A stretch of 63,071 bases of DNA, filler included, from Octopus bimaculoides (Eukaryota): assembly GCF_001194135.2 (NCBI RefSeq). It is 5 parts of 5 records of this genome, joined end to end, with 100 filler letters (N's around TTAATTAATTAA, not from the genome) between each part and the next. Parts side by side here need not be neighbours in the genome. Positions count along the whole stretch, not along the records: positions 11,919 to 38,295 come from NC_068982.1; 4 more parts are not named here. One strand, given 5' to 3'. Below are positions 13,448 to 25,945 of this stretch, piece by piece; the stretch's first letter is position 1; every line of letters begins with the position of its first letter. The translations under genes and the position numbers were made by a program. The notes beneath the pieces are model-generated. The model worked only from the letters and a program-made list of their open reading frames with translations, had not been told where the DNA came from and made no database searches.

Positions 13448-14359
13448 CATGTGGGTACTTGACATCACCAACTTTATAAACAATATAAAGTACGGAAAGA
13501 AATCAGTTAAATACGCAAACAACGAGAGAAAAAATGGAAAACAGCATGTAACACAGAATGACCATCATCAATTGTTGGCTATCTATCTATTCCTCGTTTC
13601 AAGCATTCAACAAAATTACGAGTCTTCGAAGACAGTTGCTCAATTTTGGATTTATGGAGGGTGAAAGTTGGGAACAAATACATAACAGTGGTGACATACA
13701 AGAAACCGAACAAAAACAAAAATGGAAGGTTGTTAGACCAGAATGAGAGGAAAACAGTGAACACCTGGAGAAATATTTTCTTTGGAAAGAGAAAAGATAG
13801 AAGTGAGAGAAAGAAAAACGTTCAGTCGTTAGAACGTCGTGCAGGAAAGGAAAGATGGTCATGTGAGGAAAAGAAAGATAGACGATGGTCATGAGTGAGG
13901 AAAAAGAGAAAGAGGGAAGAGAAAGAGACAGATAGAAAATGGTGAGGGAGAGAAAAAGGGAATAAGAGAAGGATGAGTGAGAAAACAGAGTAGAGTCACA
14001 TCGAAAAGGTTAAGATAAACATACCTGGAAATGGATGCATGGTGTTCAATTAAATAATAATATGATAGTATATAAGTATATGTATCAATATATATATATA
14101 TATATACACATATGTGGGTACAGGACATCACCAACTGTAAATAACATGAAGTATGAAAACAGAGTTAAATGCACAAACAACAAGAGGGAAAACATGGAAA
14201 ACTGGACAAGTAACACAGAGAACAACCCTTCATCAGTTGTCGGCTGTCTATCTACGCCTCACTTCGAGCATTCAACAACAGTATGAGTCATTGAAAAACA
14301 GTTGTTCCCATGAATTCCACAATAAAATTTTGGATTTATGGAAGGTCAAAGTTGGAAAC

Positions 14360-14360
<1 letters not shown>
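13370..14360. repeat. Diverged direct repeat pair (~13370-13700 and ~14010-14360)
   Basis: Shared blocks such as catatgtgggtac..gacatcaccaact and ttttggatttatgga. Confidence 0.8.
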
Positions 14361-14401
<41 letters not shown>

Positions 14402-14421
14402 NNNNNNNNNNNNNNNNNNNN

Positions 14422-14617
14422 GTGCAGGGAACAACTTCCGCCACATTCCAGGGAGAAAAACTAGAAGTAGTTGATAGCTTCCATTACCTAGGTGACAAAG
14501 TCAGTAGCGGGGCTAGGTGCACTGAAAGTGCAGCTCCTAGAATAAGAATAGCCTGGGCAAAGTTCAGAGAGCTCTTACCTCTGCTGGTGGCAAAAGGCTT
14601 CTTGCTCAGAGTAAAAC
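14422..14617 (+). mobile_element. RTE-clade LINE RT/thumb fragment
   Basis: LEVVDSFHYLGDKVSSG..C.ES...RIRIAWAKFRELLPLL. Confidence 0.85.
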
Positions 14618-14940
14618 GAGTACGTCTCGAGCCTATGCTCTTTGACAGAAAGGAACACAGAAATAAGCAGGGAGAGAAAATAAAAAAAGGTTTAGAGAAA
14701 CGACAATAGGAAAAAGCAGAAAGTGCAAAAAGGTATAGAAAAGTTCAAAAGGTTCAAGCGTCGTGGTGTTTGGAGCGATTTCTCATCAGTGGAAGAGTCC
14801 AGTGTAATCCATGGGTAGGAGAGGTGCAGCCGAAGTATAGGAATCCGAGTGTAGAAGAATAGAAAATCCAGGTAGAATAGTCCAAGAAAAGTTCGAAGTG
14901 TTATGAGGTGGAGACCGGATAAAACTGGTGCAACCACATG
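14618..14940 (-). mobile_element. Probable Penelope pseudo-LTR remnant with degenerate hammerhead
   Basis: Minus strand cugucaa-a-GAGC(auag)GCUC-GAGA-CG-UA at 14621-14648; weak EN-end-like translation upstream. Confidence 0.4.
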
Positions 14941-15009
14941 ATAATATATATATATATATATATATATATNNNNNNNNNNTGGAAAGCGGACGTTAAACGA
15001 TGATGATGA

Positions 15010-15044
<35 letters not shown>

Positions 15045-15109
15045 GACATGTATATACATATATCATAATATATATATGTATATTATAATATAAATATGTA
15101 TTCAACTTG

Positions 15110-15520
15110 GGCAGAGGAGTGGCTGTGTGGTAAGTAGCTTGCTTACCATCCACATGGTTCCAGGTTCATTCCCACTGCGTGGCACCTTGTGCGAGTGTCT
15201 TCTACTATAGCCTTGGGCCGACCAAAGCCTTGTGAGTGGATTTGGTAGATGGAAACTGAAATAAGCCCGTCGTATATATGTATATATATGTATGTGTGTA
15301 TATGTTTGTGTCTGTGTTTGTCCCCCCAGCATCATTTGACAACCGATGGTGGTGTGTTTACATCCCCGTAACTTAGCGGTTCGGCAAAAGAGACTGATAG
15401 AATAAGTACTAGACTTCCAAAGAATAAGTCCTGGGGTCGATTTGCTCGACTAAAAGGCAGTGCTCCAGCATGGCCGCAGTCAAATGACTGAAACAAGTAA
15501 AAGAGTAAAGAGTAAGAGTA
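15110..15520 (+). mobile_element. tRNA-derived SINE family A, near full length
   Basis: A box GGCTGTGTGG, B box GGTTCATTCC, central simple repeat, 3' ccagcatggccgcagtcaaatgactgaaac plus (AAGAGT)-like tail; many copies in window. Confidence 0.9.
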
Positions 15521-16460
15521 ACTTACAATGGAAGTAAAAAAAAGTTTGGTTTAGAAGTGTTGAAAGATACAGAAATAATTTTTTTATTCTCAAACACGTG
15601 ATAATGCTAATAAATAGCGTGATCAGGATAAATTATCCATACATTGCAGAAAAATATGTTACCAGCCAGCCATGAAACTCAAACTCACATCCCTGTGATT
15701 ACATGTCAAGTGCTTTACCAGTAAGCTAAACTGCCCAGTAACGAATTCTTTTGCATTTTAGAACTTATAAATTTAGTTTTATAAGACGCTAATGTTAAAT
15801 TCAACTTACAATGANNNNNNNNNNNNNNNNNNNNNNNNNNNNNNNNNNNNNNNNNNNNNNNNNNNNNNNNNNNNNNNNNNNNNNNNNNNNNNNNNNNNNN
15901 NNNNNNNNNNNNNNNNNNNNNNNNNNNNNNNNNNNNNNNNNNNNNNNNNNNNNNNNNNNNNNNNNNNNNNNNNNNNNNNNNNNNNNNNNNNNNNNNNNNN
16001 NNNNNNNNNNNNNNNNNNNNNNNNNNNNNNNNNNNNNNNNNNNNNNNNNNNNNNNNNNNNNNNNNNNNNNNNNNNNNNNNNNNNNNNNNNNNNNNNNNNN
16101 NNNNNNNNNNNNNNNNNNNNNNNNNNNNNNNNNNNNNNNNNNNNNNNNNNNNNNNNNNNNNNNNNNNNNNNNNNNNNNNNNNNNNNNNNNNNNNNNNNNN
16201 NNNNNNNNNNNNNNNNNNNNNNNNNNNNNNNNNNNNNNNNNNNNNNNNNNNNNNNNNNNNNNNNNNNNNNNNNNNNNNNNNNNNNNNNNNNNNNNNNNNN
16301 NNNNNNNNNNNNNNNNNNNNNNNNNNNNNNNNNNNNNNNNNNNNNNNNNNNNNNNNNNNNNNNNNNNNNNNNNNNNNNNNNNNNNNNNNNNNNNNNNNNN
16401 NNNNNNNNNNNNNNNNNNNNNNNNNNNNNNNNNNNNNNNNNNNNNNNNNNNNNNNNNNNN

Positions 16461-16494
<34 letters not shown>

Positions 16495-16914
16495 TTTATA
16501 TCAAGGGCATTACTATACATAAATGCCTCATGCTAGGAGGGACTCTTAAAATCAAAACTATCATGATAAACACATTGTACCGAACGCGAGGGAATGCAAC
16601 TCTCGAAGCGAGCCTTTTAAAAACAGATTCAGCCACAGATCATATGATTTCATAATTAGTACACAAAAAGCACCTTTTAATCATCAGTGCAGGCATAATC
16701 AAGACACATAAAAATGAACAAATAAATCAACATACCAAACGAACACCAAATGTAGCCAGCATAGTACATACAATTATTCACACTTATATATCTGTGTAAG
16801 AGGCGCTAACTACTTGATAAATTCTTATAAAAATGTTATCCTATTTTTAAATTGTAAATTTAACCGGAATATATTTAGTGCTGAATTTTATTCTGAATAG
16901 ACACGTGTACCAAG

Positions 16915-17200
16915 ATGCAATTAGAAAAGCCCGCCTGCATGCTGTGTTCTTGAGCAAGACACTTTATTTCACGTTGCTCCAGTTCACTCAGCTGTAGAAA
17001 TGAGTTGCGACATTACATATGCCAAGCTGTATCGGCCTTTGCCTTTCCCTTGGATAACACTGGTGGTGTGGAGAGTGGAGGCCAGTATGCATGGGCGACT
17101 GCTGGTCTTCCATAAGCATCATTGCCAGGACTTGTGCCTGGGAGGGTAACTTTCTGGGTGCAATTCCATGGTCAGTCATGACCGAAGGGAGTCTCAGCAA
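16915..17200 (+). mobile_element. SINE family E fragment
   Basis: gtgttcttgagcaagacactttatttcac..ccagttcactcagctgt, also seen at ~24110-24170. Confidence 0.6.
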
Positions 17201-17284
17201 ACCATATATATATATACTATATATATAAATTATATATTATATATATATACTATATATATTAATTATATATATATATATTATATA

Positions 17285-17790
17285 GCATCACATAACAGCC
17301 GTGTTCCAAGAGGTTACAGTGTCTCTCCTAATAATCCTAGCACCTTCAATTACGTTAACAATAATATTAATGATAATCTCTCCTTAAATCATAATATCAA
17401 TGAAACTAAGACTTGCAATTGTAGCCCTAGTAAAAATTGTGTCCTCAATGGAAACTGCCAAATTAAAAATGCTGTGTACCAATGCAAGGTTACCTCTGAT
17501 AAAAAGGAACATTGTTACATTGGTTTATCCTCTACTGGACTGAAATCCAGACTGGCTAACCATTTTCTACCTTCAAATACAACAGTAGGCATAATTATAC
17601 AGGGATTAGTAAACTAATCTGGCACCTTAAAGACTCTAACAAGCTCTTTTCTTTAGACTGGAAAATTTTATCTATATCGTTTCCTTATGACTAAGGGAGA
17701 TCTTTCTGTCTGCTTTGTACGGAGGAACAATTTTGAATACTCCTTTCCAAACATGGTGAACATGTTTATGGAGTGAGTTTACGGATGTAA
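17285..17790 (+). mobile_element. Penelope-like (Neptune-type) Zn-linker plus GIY-YIG fragment
   Basis: CNC..SKNCVLNGNCQIKNAVYQCKV...YIGLSSTGLKSRLANH, then LIWHLK..W.IL..C.LC after a frameshift. Confidence 0.85.
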
Positions 17791-18597
17791 ACATTGGAAA
17801 AAACATTCCTTCACTTTTTTCAAATCATATCTACCCCTCACCTAACAATAATTTCTGCAAATTATCCTTTATTTTTTCTTTATGATTTATCCTTACTTCC
17901 CATTCATTCTTTCATCCTATCCTTTATCCATCCAATCTCGCTCGCTGCTTTCTCCTCTCTCTCTTTTAACTTTGCTTTATCTTTCCCTGCTCCCTATTTA
18001 TCTATACCTTCTCCTCTCCCTTTACCTTATGAAGTATATTTCTTTAACAGCATTTTCAAATTTTAGTGTTCCCTTCAATACTTGTCTTTTCATGTATGTT
18101 TATGTGTGTATAGTTCGTTTTATCTGTGTGTATGTACTTACCTAAGCATGTGTCAGTGTTTTGTAAGTATGTGTTTGGGTGTATCGAGGTTCTTTTCTGG
18201 TGTATGCTCCTATATATGTATGTGTGCTTGTGTGTGTAAGTACGTAGTCGTGTACATACATTAATGTTAGCGTATATATGTTGTGAGTATATGTATGTGT
18301 GCAGATGTGTTTGTATGTACATGCGTATGCAAGTGCATATCTATATGTCTGTATATATGTATATGTCAGTGTATATATTTATGGCTGTGTATCTGTGTAT
18401 ATATATCTATATATATATATGTATACGTATTTATGTATATGCATATGTACGTATACTTATGTGTAGATGTTTATATATATATACATGCATATATGCTTCC
18501 TTCTATACATGTGTGTATGTGTATATATGTATATATGGAAATAAGCATGTTTGTATGGGTATATCTATCTATATATGTATGTATGTATATATATATA

Positions 18598-18635
18598 GAG
18601 AAAAGCTGAACATTAGAAGCATCAGTTGTGGCGTG
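18598..18635 (+). mobile_element. RTE LINE fragment truncated by gap
   Basis: REKLNIRSISCGV. Confidence 0.5.
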
Positions 18636-18735
18636 NNNNNNNNNNNNNNNNNNNNNNNNNNNNNNNNNNNNNNNNNNNNNNNNNNNNNNNNNNNNNNNNN
18701 NNNNNNNNNNNNNNNNNNNNNNNNNNNNNNNNNNN

Positions 18736-18772
<37 letters not shown>

Positions 18773-18821
18773 TGTATATATATATGGACATTATATATTA
18801 TATGTATGTGCATATAATATA

Positions 18822-18854
<33 letters not shown>

Positions 18855-18940
18855 AATATATATATATACATGTATTATTTAATATATGTATATAAATATG
18901 TGTATATATTATATTATGTTTATATATACATATATATTAT

Positions 18941-20075
18941 ACTAGCAGCTAAACTCGGTTTCACCCGGTCTGTTTGGATGATGTGGCTGTGATTGTTTTC
19001 AGTTAGGCATAATCTATAACAGCGTTTCTCAACCTGATCATTTTGTGTCCCGTTTGGATTGGAGCCTCCACCTGTATGAAGATTTCACCCCCTCTTGTCA
19101 GAAAATGGCTTCAGGAGTTGTGTAGAAAGAATCTGTACATAGTCTGTTTGTGAGAGCTATTCTATTGGACGTATCTAATCATTAAAAGATTTATTTAATT
19201 ATGAACATAGAAAGAAATTATACATTAATCACAATTTTTGTAAGCAGTTTTATCCGCAAAAATTGAAATATATATGAAATGGACGTGTGGGTGTGTGTGT
19301 GTATGTGAGAGAGAAGAAAAGTGAAGAGAAAAGCTAAGTGAAGTATGGAATAAGTAATTGTTATACGCTTATAGAAAAACACTTTATATTATAGAAATTG
19401 ACATACCTGTTGAAGATTAAAATGTATAAGAGCTATTGTTTTCGACACGTGTATAATCATACAGAAACTGAAACACATGAAATGTCCGTTTGTGTGTGTG
19501 TGTGTATTTTTGGCGGGATTTTTGCACTTAGCAGGAGTTGGTTTGTGTTTTATCTCTCGATCAATAGCCGGACAGAAAGGCGATCTTTTGAAGTGGGCGG
19601 CGAATGAAGAGACATGGACTGTTTTATGACTGAACTTCTTTTAAAGTTGTGGTGAGAGGGGAGAATTGATGTGCATGTGTATGTCTGTATGTGTGTGAGT
19701 GTGTATGTTTGACGGGGTGTGCGCAACAGAGAGAGTAATGTTGATGGTGTATGTGCATATGAGAGAGAGAGAGAGAAAGAAAGAGAGAGATAGATAAATG
19801 AAATTTATCATTCAGTTTATTTATTTATAATGTATATATGTATGAATGGCTTCAGTGACACACACTCACATACACGCACGCACACATGCAGGTTGTTTTA
19901 ATCGATTTTCTCTGTAAGTATGGGGGCTAGGAAAAAAATTGAAAGCACATTTCAATTTATGCACCCGTCTCCACATGTGTGCCATTTTTCACCTGAATCC
20001 ACCGAGCCGTTTGGCTGTGAACCTCAAGACAAGAAAGAATACAACAGTCAGCCAACTTCAATTTATATTATAGAT
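18941..20075 (+). mobile_element. Helentron/HINE-like non-autonomous element
   Basis: 5' TACTAGC..ctcggtttcacccgg hairpin; 3' ccgagccgtttggctgtgaa...ttatattatagatt. Confidence 0.65.
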
Positions 20076-20204
20076 TATATATATATATATATATTATATT
20101 ATGTAATATTATAAATATTATAAATATATGCATTATATATGTATATACGATATATATATATGTATGTAAATATAATATATACATATATACATGTTATATA
20201 TCTA

Positions 20205-20812
20205 TACATATAAATTTAACATAGGTGATTCTTTCTTGTCTTGCGATTCGTGTTCAAACGGCTGGGTGGAATTGCACAAAAAGATACACAGATATGTAGA
20301 ATGATCCGATGGTGATGCTGGGCTTTGTAGTTTTTCCATAGCTCCCATGTTTACCGAGTTAATCTACTATAATAATACTCTTGTGTTTATGAATGAGAAA
20401 GGAAGGGGTGATAGATAGATAAGGAAGGGGTAGTGTCATACTTGGTAGTGGGATGATGAAAATTGTATGCTGAAAAAATAAATCAAACAGCATTTCAACT
20501 ATGTGTGAATATATGTGCGTGTATGTAAAAGAGGGTATGTGAATGTGTGTGTGTGTGTTTGCATGTGTGCGCGCACTATGGAAGTGGGACGGTTCATCTT
20601 TGTTCGATTAGTATTTGGGTTTATTTTTTAATTTTGTTGGGTTTTTTTTTTTTTATTGGTCAGTTATTTTTAGCATTTTGACAGCAAAAAGTCATTCTAA
20701 AATTGTTTTTTAACTTAAGCATGCCCAAACAAATCAAATGCTTACAAAGAGCAGGTTTTCCAGCCAAATCATCCAAACCAACCGTGTGAAACCAGGCTTA
20801 GCTGCTAGTTAT
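20205..20812 (-). mobile_element. Second copy of the same HINE-like family, inverted
   Basis: Reverse complement of 20760-20812 matches the 5' end at 18941; that of 20225-20340 matches 19915-20040. Confidence 0.7.
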
Positions 20813-20859
20813 ATATGTATGTTATATATTATATATTAGTATATATATATTATATATAC

Positions 20860-21762
20860 TTGCATACTGGACCTGGAGGGATTGCAATCCCAGATGCGCA
20901 GTGAGTGCGAGACCTGGGAATTTATATGAGTAATGATGCATCCTTTCATGTGCATGTTGCTAAATTGGCAATGAAATGCAGGCGGCTGACTGGATGGATT
21001 CTTAGAATTTTTAGAAGAGATCAGGAAACCATGATGGTCCTCTGGAGGACACTTGTCCTAAGCCACTTTGACTATTGCTCTCAGCTATAGTCACCAACCA
21101 GTGTCAAATTAATCTTAGAACTTGAGGCAATCCAATGAAGCTACACGAAGNNNNNNNNNNGCTATAGTCACCAACCAGTGTCAAATTAATCTTAGAACTT
21201 GAGGCAATCCAATGAAGCTACACGAAGAAGATAGCCTCTATGCAGCATATAAGCTATTGGGAAAGTCTCAAGAGATTAAGACTCTATTCCTTAGAACGTG
21301 GGCAAGAAAGATATGCCATAATATACATCTGGAAGATCCTCGAAGGACTTGTCCCAAACTTTGGCATCAAGCGTTACACAAGTACTAGAACTGGGCGCCA
21401 CTGCATAGTGCCAAGGACTCCAAATTTGCCATCAAGATGTAGGACAAGATACTGCAATAGCCTGGGCTTCAGAGGTCCACAGCTCTTCAATATCCTCCTG
21501 AAGGGCCTGAGAGACCTGCATGGGGTGGATTTAGGTGCCTTCAAAATAAAGCTGGACCTCTTCCTATCAAGGGTCCCAGATGAATCAACTTCACGGCAGG
21601 AGGTACAGATGAGGGCAGCTGCATCAAACTCTCACATGCACCAAATGTCAATTCCTGAAAAGCATTCATGAAGTAAAATTATGTAGCAACACCAAATGGC
21701 GATGCCCCAGCATGGCCACAGCCAATGAGCTGAAAGTAGATAAAATAAAATAAAATAAAAAA
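20860..21762 (+). mobile_element. CR1-group LINE, 5'-truncated 3' end with (TAAAA)n tail
   Basis: RDLGIYMS...LVLSHFDYCSQL; LKRLRLYSLER..ER...IWKIL.G; FKIKLDLFLSRVPDE. Confidence 0.9.
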
Positions 21763-21769
21763 ATAATAT

Positions 21770-22085
21770 GTAGGAGTGGCTGTGTAGTAACTGGCTTGCT
21801 TACCAACCACATGGTTCCAGGTTCAGTCCCACTGCACGGCACCTTGGGCAAGTGTCACCTACTATTGCATTGAGCAGACCAAAATGGATTTAGTGGATGG
21901 AAACTGAAAGAAGCCTGTCGTGTGTGTGTATATGCTGGTGTGTGTACATCCCTGTAACTTAGCAGTTCAGCAAAAGAGACCACTTGAATAAGTACTAGGC
22001 TGGGGTTGATTTGTTTGACTAAAGGTGGTACCCCAGCATGGCCACAGTCAAATAACTGAAATAAGTAAGAGAATAAAATAAAAGA
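21770..22085 (+). mobile_element. SINE family A
   Basis: Homology to 15110 copy with internal deletions. Confidence 0.9.
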
Positions 22086-22295
22086 ATATTATATATATAT
22101 ATGTATATACCTTATAAATGTATGTATATTATATATGTATACACCTTATACATGTATGTATATTATATATATTTATATATCTTCTTTTTATATATCATAT
22201 GTGTATATATATATATTATATTATATATTTTATATATATATTATATATATATATATAGTATACAGTAAGTTTTTATATATATATATATATATATA

Positions 22296-22705
22296 CTTTC
22301 CATGCTAGCATGGGTTGGACGATTTGACTGAGGACCGGCAAGCCAGAAGGCTGCTTTAGGCTCCAATCTGATCTGGCAGAGTTTCTACAGCTGGATGCCC
22401 TTCCTAACGCCAACCACTCCGAGAGTGTAGTGGGTGATTTTACGTGCCACCGGCACGAGGGCCAATCACACGGTACTGGCAACGGCCATGCTCAAAATGG
22501 TGTATTTTACATGCCACCTGCACAGAGGCCAATCCAGCGGCACTGGCAACAATCACATTCGGATGGTGCTCTTAGCGCTCCACTAGTACAGGTGCCATCA
22601 CGATTTCACTTTCACTTGCCCCAACAGGTCTTCGCAATCTGAGTTTAGTGTCTAATGAAGGAGACATTGACATGGGTGCCAGTCGTCGAATTTAGTTTGA
22701 TTTCA
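22296..22705 (-). mobile_element. Repeat family D ((GAT)n-tailed retroposon with ~65-bp internal subrepeats)
   Basis: Homologous to 33818 and 35818; subrepeat gtgccacc.gcac...ctggcaac. Confidence 0.8.
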
Positions 22706-22749
22706 ATTTCACTAAGTTCCCGCCGTTTTCTTTAATTTAAATTTTTTTA

Positions 22750-23470
22750 AAGGTTTAATAAAAAATAACAACTAATTAATCAATAATGTATTCACCCTTG
22801 TTGTTTACAACTTCTTCCCAATATACAACAAGATTTTCAATACCTCCTTGGTAGAAATCACCTGAAGTTCGACTCAAAACATTGATCCAACCAACCTCTC
22901 AATTCTGCATCATTATTTAACGAAACTCTGTGCATAGCATTTGAAAGAGATCAAAAGAGGTGGAAATTTTTTGGTACCAAATCAGGAGAGTACGGCAGAT
23001 GTAGCAGCACTTCCTAGTCATGCATTTGAATGGCTTCCTTGCTCATATTGGTGATATGAGTGTGGGCATTGTCATATAGCAGAAGAACTCCATGCTGACG
23101 ATTAGGTCTTTTCTTTTGAATAGCCATGTTGAGTTGTTCCATCTGTTGAACATAGAGTTTCGCGTTGACCATTTGGTTCCATTCAAGCAATTCGTAATGG
23201 ATAATCCCTTCCCAGTCCCGCCATGCGTACAACAATGTTTTACGCGGATGAAGAACTTGTTTCATGCGTGGTGTCGCTTGTTTACCAGGGTTAAGCCTTT
23301 CCTTATGCTGCTTCATATTGATGTGCAGGCACCATTTTTCATTGCCAGTAATGATTCGGTAAAGAAATCGTTGCTTGTGTCTATGAGTTGAGCAGTGACG
23401 AGCAAGCAAACCAGCAGAGATTGTGGCTCGTTGATTTTTGTTGTTGTTGAAAATTCTCGTCACAAAAATA
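22750..23470 (-). mobile_element. mariner transposase catalytic-domain remnant
   Basis: RIITGNEKW, HPRKTLLYAW.DWEGIIHYELL, LLLYDNAH. Confidence 0.9.
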
Positions 23471-23595
23471 CATCACTTTAACATGGTATTTCAACCTATT
23501 AAACGGGTATGATATCCTAGTTTTTGTGTGATTTTTGCTACCCTGGTAACTATTAACATATTTACGTTATCGAAGTTTTTTCAACCGAGATAATA

Positions 23596-23649
<54 letters not shown>

Positions 23650-23779
23650 AGTTCAAAAAATGGAAAAAGACAAAAAAAAAACAACATAAAACAACATGAG
23701 GACGTGATACAGATTGTGATATATATATATATGTATATAGACACATACATATGTATATATATATATGTATATACACACA

Positions 23780-23912
23780 CATGACAGGCTTCTTCCAGTT
23801 TCCATCTACCAAATCCACTCACAAGGCTTTGGTTTTCCCAAGGTGCCACACAGTGGGACTGAACCCGAAACCATGTGGTTGGGAAGCAAACTTTTTACCA
23901 CACAGCCACTCC
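23780..23912 (-). mobile_element. SINE family A 5' part
   Basis: Reverse-complement match to family A head. Confidence 0.85.
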
Positions 23913-24037
23913 TAGGGTATTTGTGTTTTTTATTAATGGTGATTATAACATATTTTTATGTTTAGGTTGTTATTCTATTTGTTACACACACGCACACACA
24001 CATATATACATATATGCAAGCATACGCATACACACTG

Positions 24038-24190
24038 TGGAGACACGTAGGTTAGTGGCTATGGTATTTCACTTATGATCATAAGATAGTGGTTTTATTT
24101 CCTGGACTGGGCAATGCATTGTGTTCTTGAACAAAACAGTTCATTTTATATTGCTTCAGTCCACTCAGCTATCAAAGACAAGTAATCTTA
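24038..24190 (+). mobile_element. Degraded SINE family E
   Basis: tRNA-like head plus cagtccactcagct motif. Confidence 0.5.
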
Positions 24191-24217
24191 CCCTAACCCT
24201 AACCCTAACCCTAACCC
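24191..24217. repeat. Short interstitial telomeric repeat (CCCTAA)4
   Basis: Direct reading. Confidence 0.85.
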
Positions 24218-24329
24218 CATCCAGTGGATGAATATATACACTGTAGAATCTTGCAAACCAGCCTTATGAGCCTACAGCTTGGGAAGGAACTTTGACCCAT
24301 TTTTGGGGGTTGGAGGATATATATATATA

Positions 24330-24790
24330 TATAATGAGTCAGCCCTAAAAAGTCCTTTTTTTTTTTTCTTTTTTTTTTGTTAGTACTAAACTTATAGCAC
24401 TCTAATAAGTAGCTAACTTTGCATGTTCACTCGTTTGATACTTGACATGTCAGCATAGTTCACCGTTAACTTACAATGAAACATGTTGCATTTTGTATGC
24501 TTGGGATCACCCTGAAAATGAAGTATCAAAATGAACATTATTGGCACTTCAAGCTTTTTTATTTTAAAAAAGGCAAAAAGTGGAGGAAACCTGCAGGAAG
24601 ATATGCGCCGTGTATGGAGAGGATGCTGTTATGAGATTTCCAAGATTTCAGTCTGGAAATCTTTCAGTTCAAGATGCATCTGTCTGGCCGGCCAGCTGAG
24701 AATAACAACAATATCAGCCCCTGTTGTATGACCAGGATGATCCCAAATGTCAAAATTGAGTGTTGAAAATCATCTGCATTGTATGTGATA
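24330..24790 (+). mobile_element. mariner 5' fragment (N-terminal HTH region)
   Basis: MKYQNEHY..LFYFKKG..ETCRKICAVYGEDAV..RFQSGN.S..D..SGRP across frameshifts. Confidence 0.7.
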
Positions 24791-24907
24791 AATTCCAGTC
24801 AATTTTATTTTGAATTTATTTTAATTTACTTCTATACGTTTTAATTAAGATTGATTGTCTTAAAACTTACGGAAGATATTAAGTGAAAATTTTACATGTT
24901 CAGTCTA

Positions 24908-25033
24908 CAAGGTGTCCACAAAGTCTGGGTACATGGGATTAACACATACTTTAAGAAATTATTATTTCTTATATTTAATTGTTTATGTAATGATTTTATT
25001 TACTCCGTGTACCCAGACCTTTTGAACACCCTG
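24908..25033. mobile_element. Tc1/mariner-type MITE
   Basis: ~28-bp TIRs CAAGGTGTCCACAAAGTCTGGGTACA / TGTACCCAGACCTTTTTGAACACCCTG with TA on both sides. Confidence 0.85.
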
Positions 25034-25835
25034 TATTGACATTTTGTAACATGCCCAAATAAAACCATCTCAAAACATTTATTTGATCAAGCGTGTCTTC
25101 AGATCATGACATCTGAGAAAATGAATCAACTATAGGATTATTATTATATATTTCCATATGTTATGGCATGTATTACACAACATTGTATGAGATATGGAAT
25201 AAAGATATTGTTCATTTATGGAAACAATTGTAATGTCAACTTGACTTCTCATTTCCTTATTATATATACATATATATATATATATATAAAGTGCAAAGAC
25301 ACTATTTTTAAGATAGCTTACATAGGTTTGATATCATTGTATCATATATTTTATAGTGTAATATGCATAAGTATACATATGTCATGCATGTGAGGAGAAT
25401 GTGTAGGATTGCGTAATAAACACAATATCATCAATGCCGTTATGCTATTTATGTTTATGGTTCACAGTATTGTCACCCTCATGTGCAAACCAAACAAAAG
25501 AAGTATATTCTTTGTTTATATCCAAACCTTAGGACTGAAACCTGTAAAAGATTAAAAGAAATATAACATGCAGTTATATAATAAAAGCTGTTTATATATA
25601 AAATGAAAGTGAAGTGAAACAAGCTAATATGTAGATATGTAATTGCAATCTCACCTTAGTGTTAATTATGTTCTAGCAATGAGCATACATACACAAATGT
25701 ACCACACTGATTTTGTTTCCTCATAACTTCCAGAAAAATGGATATTTTTTAAATGAAATTTTATACAGATATGCTTCAGATAGTGTAGATTCCAATTTTA
25801 TTGAAATTTGTTTTGAAAGATATATATTCAAAGGA

Positions 25836-25945
25836 AGGAGTGGCTGTGTGGGGTTTAGTCCCACTGTGTGGCACCTTGAGCAAGTGTCTTCAAAGCCTTT
25901 GTGAGTGGATTTGGTAGATGGAAACTGAAAGAAGCCCATCATATA
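25836..25945 (+). mobile_element. SINE family A, internally deleted
   Basis: ggagtggctgtgtgg...gtggatttggtagatggaaactgaaagaagccc. Confidence 0.8.

Noticed and set aside
15792-16655. Long ORFs of 200-330 aa here and at 27, 31.6, 32.8, 45.5, 54.7 and 56.4 kb
   Set aside because: Composed mostly of X from N gaps
21084-21227. Exact 67-bp direct repeat in the CR1 element
   Set aside because: Flanks a 10-N gap; unmerged contig overlap
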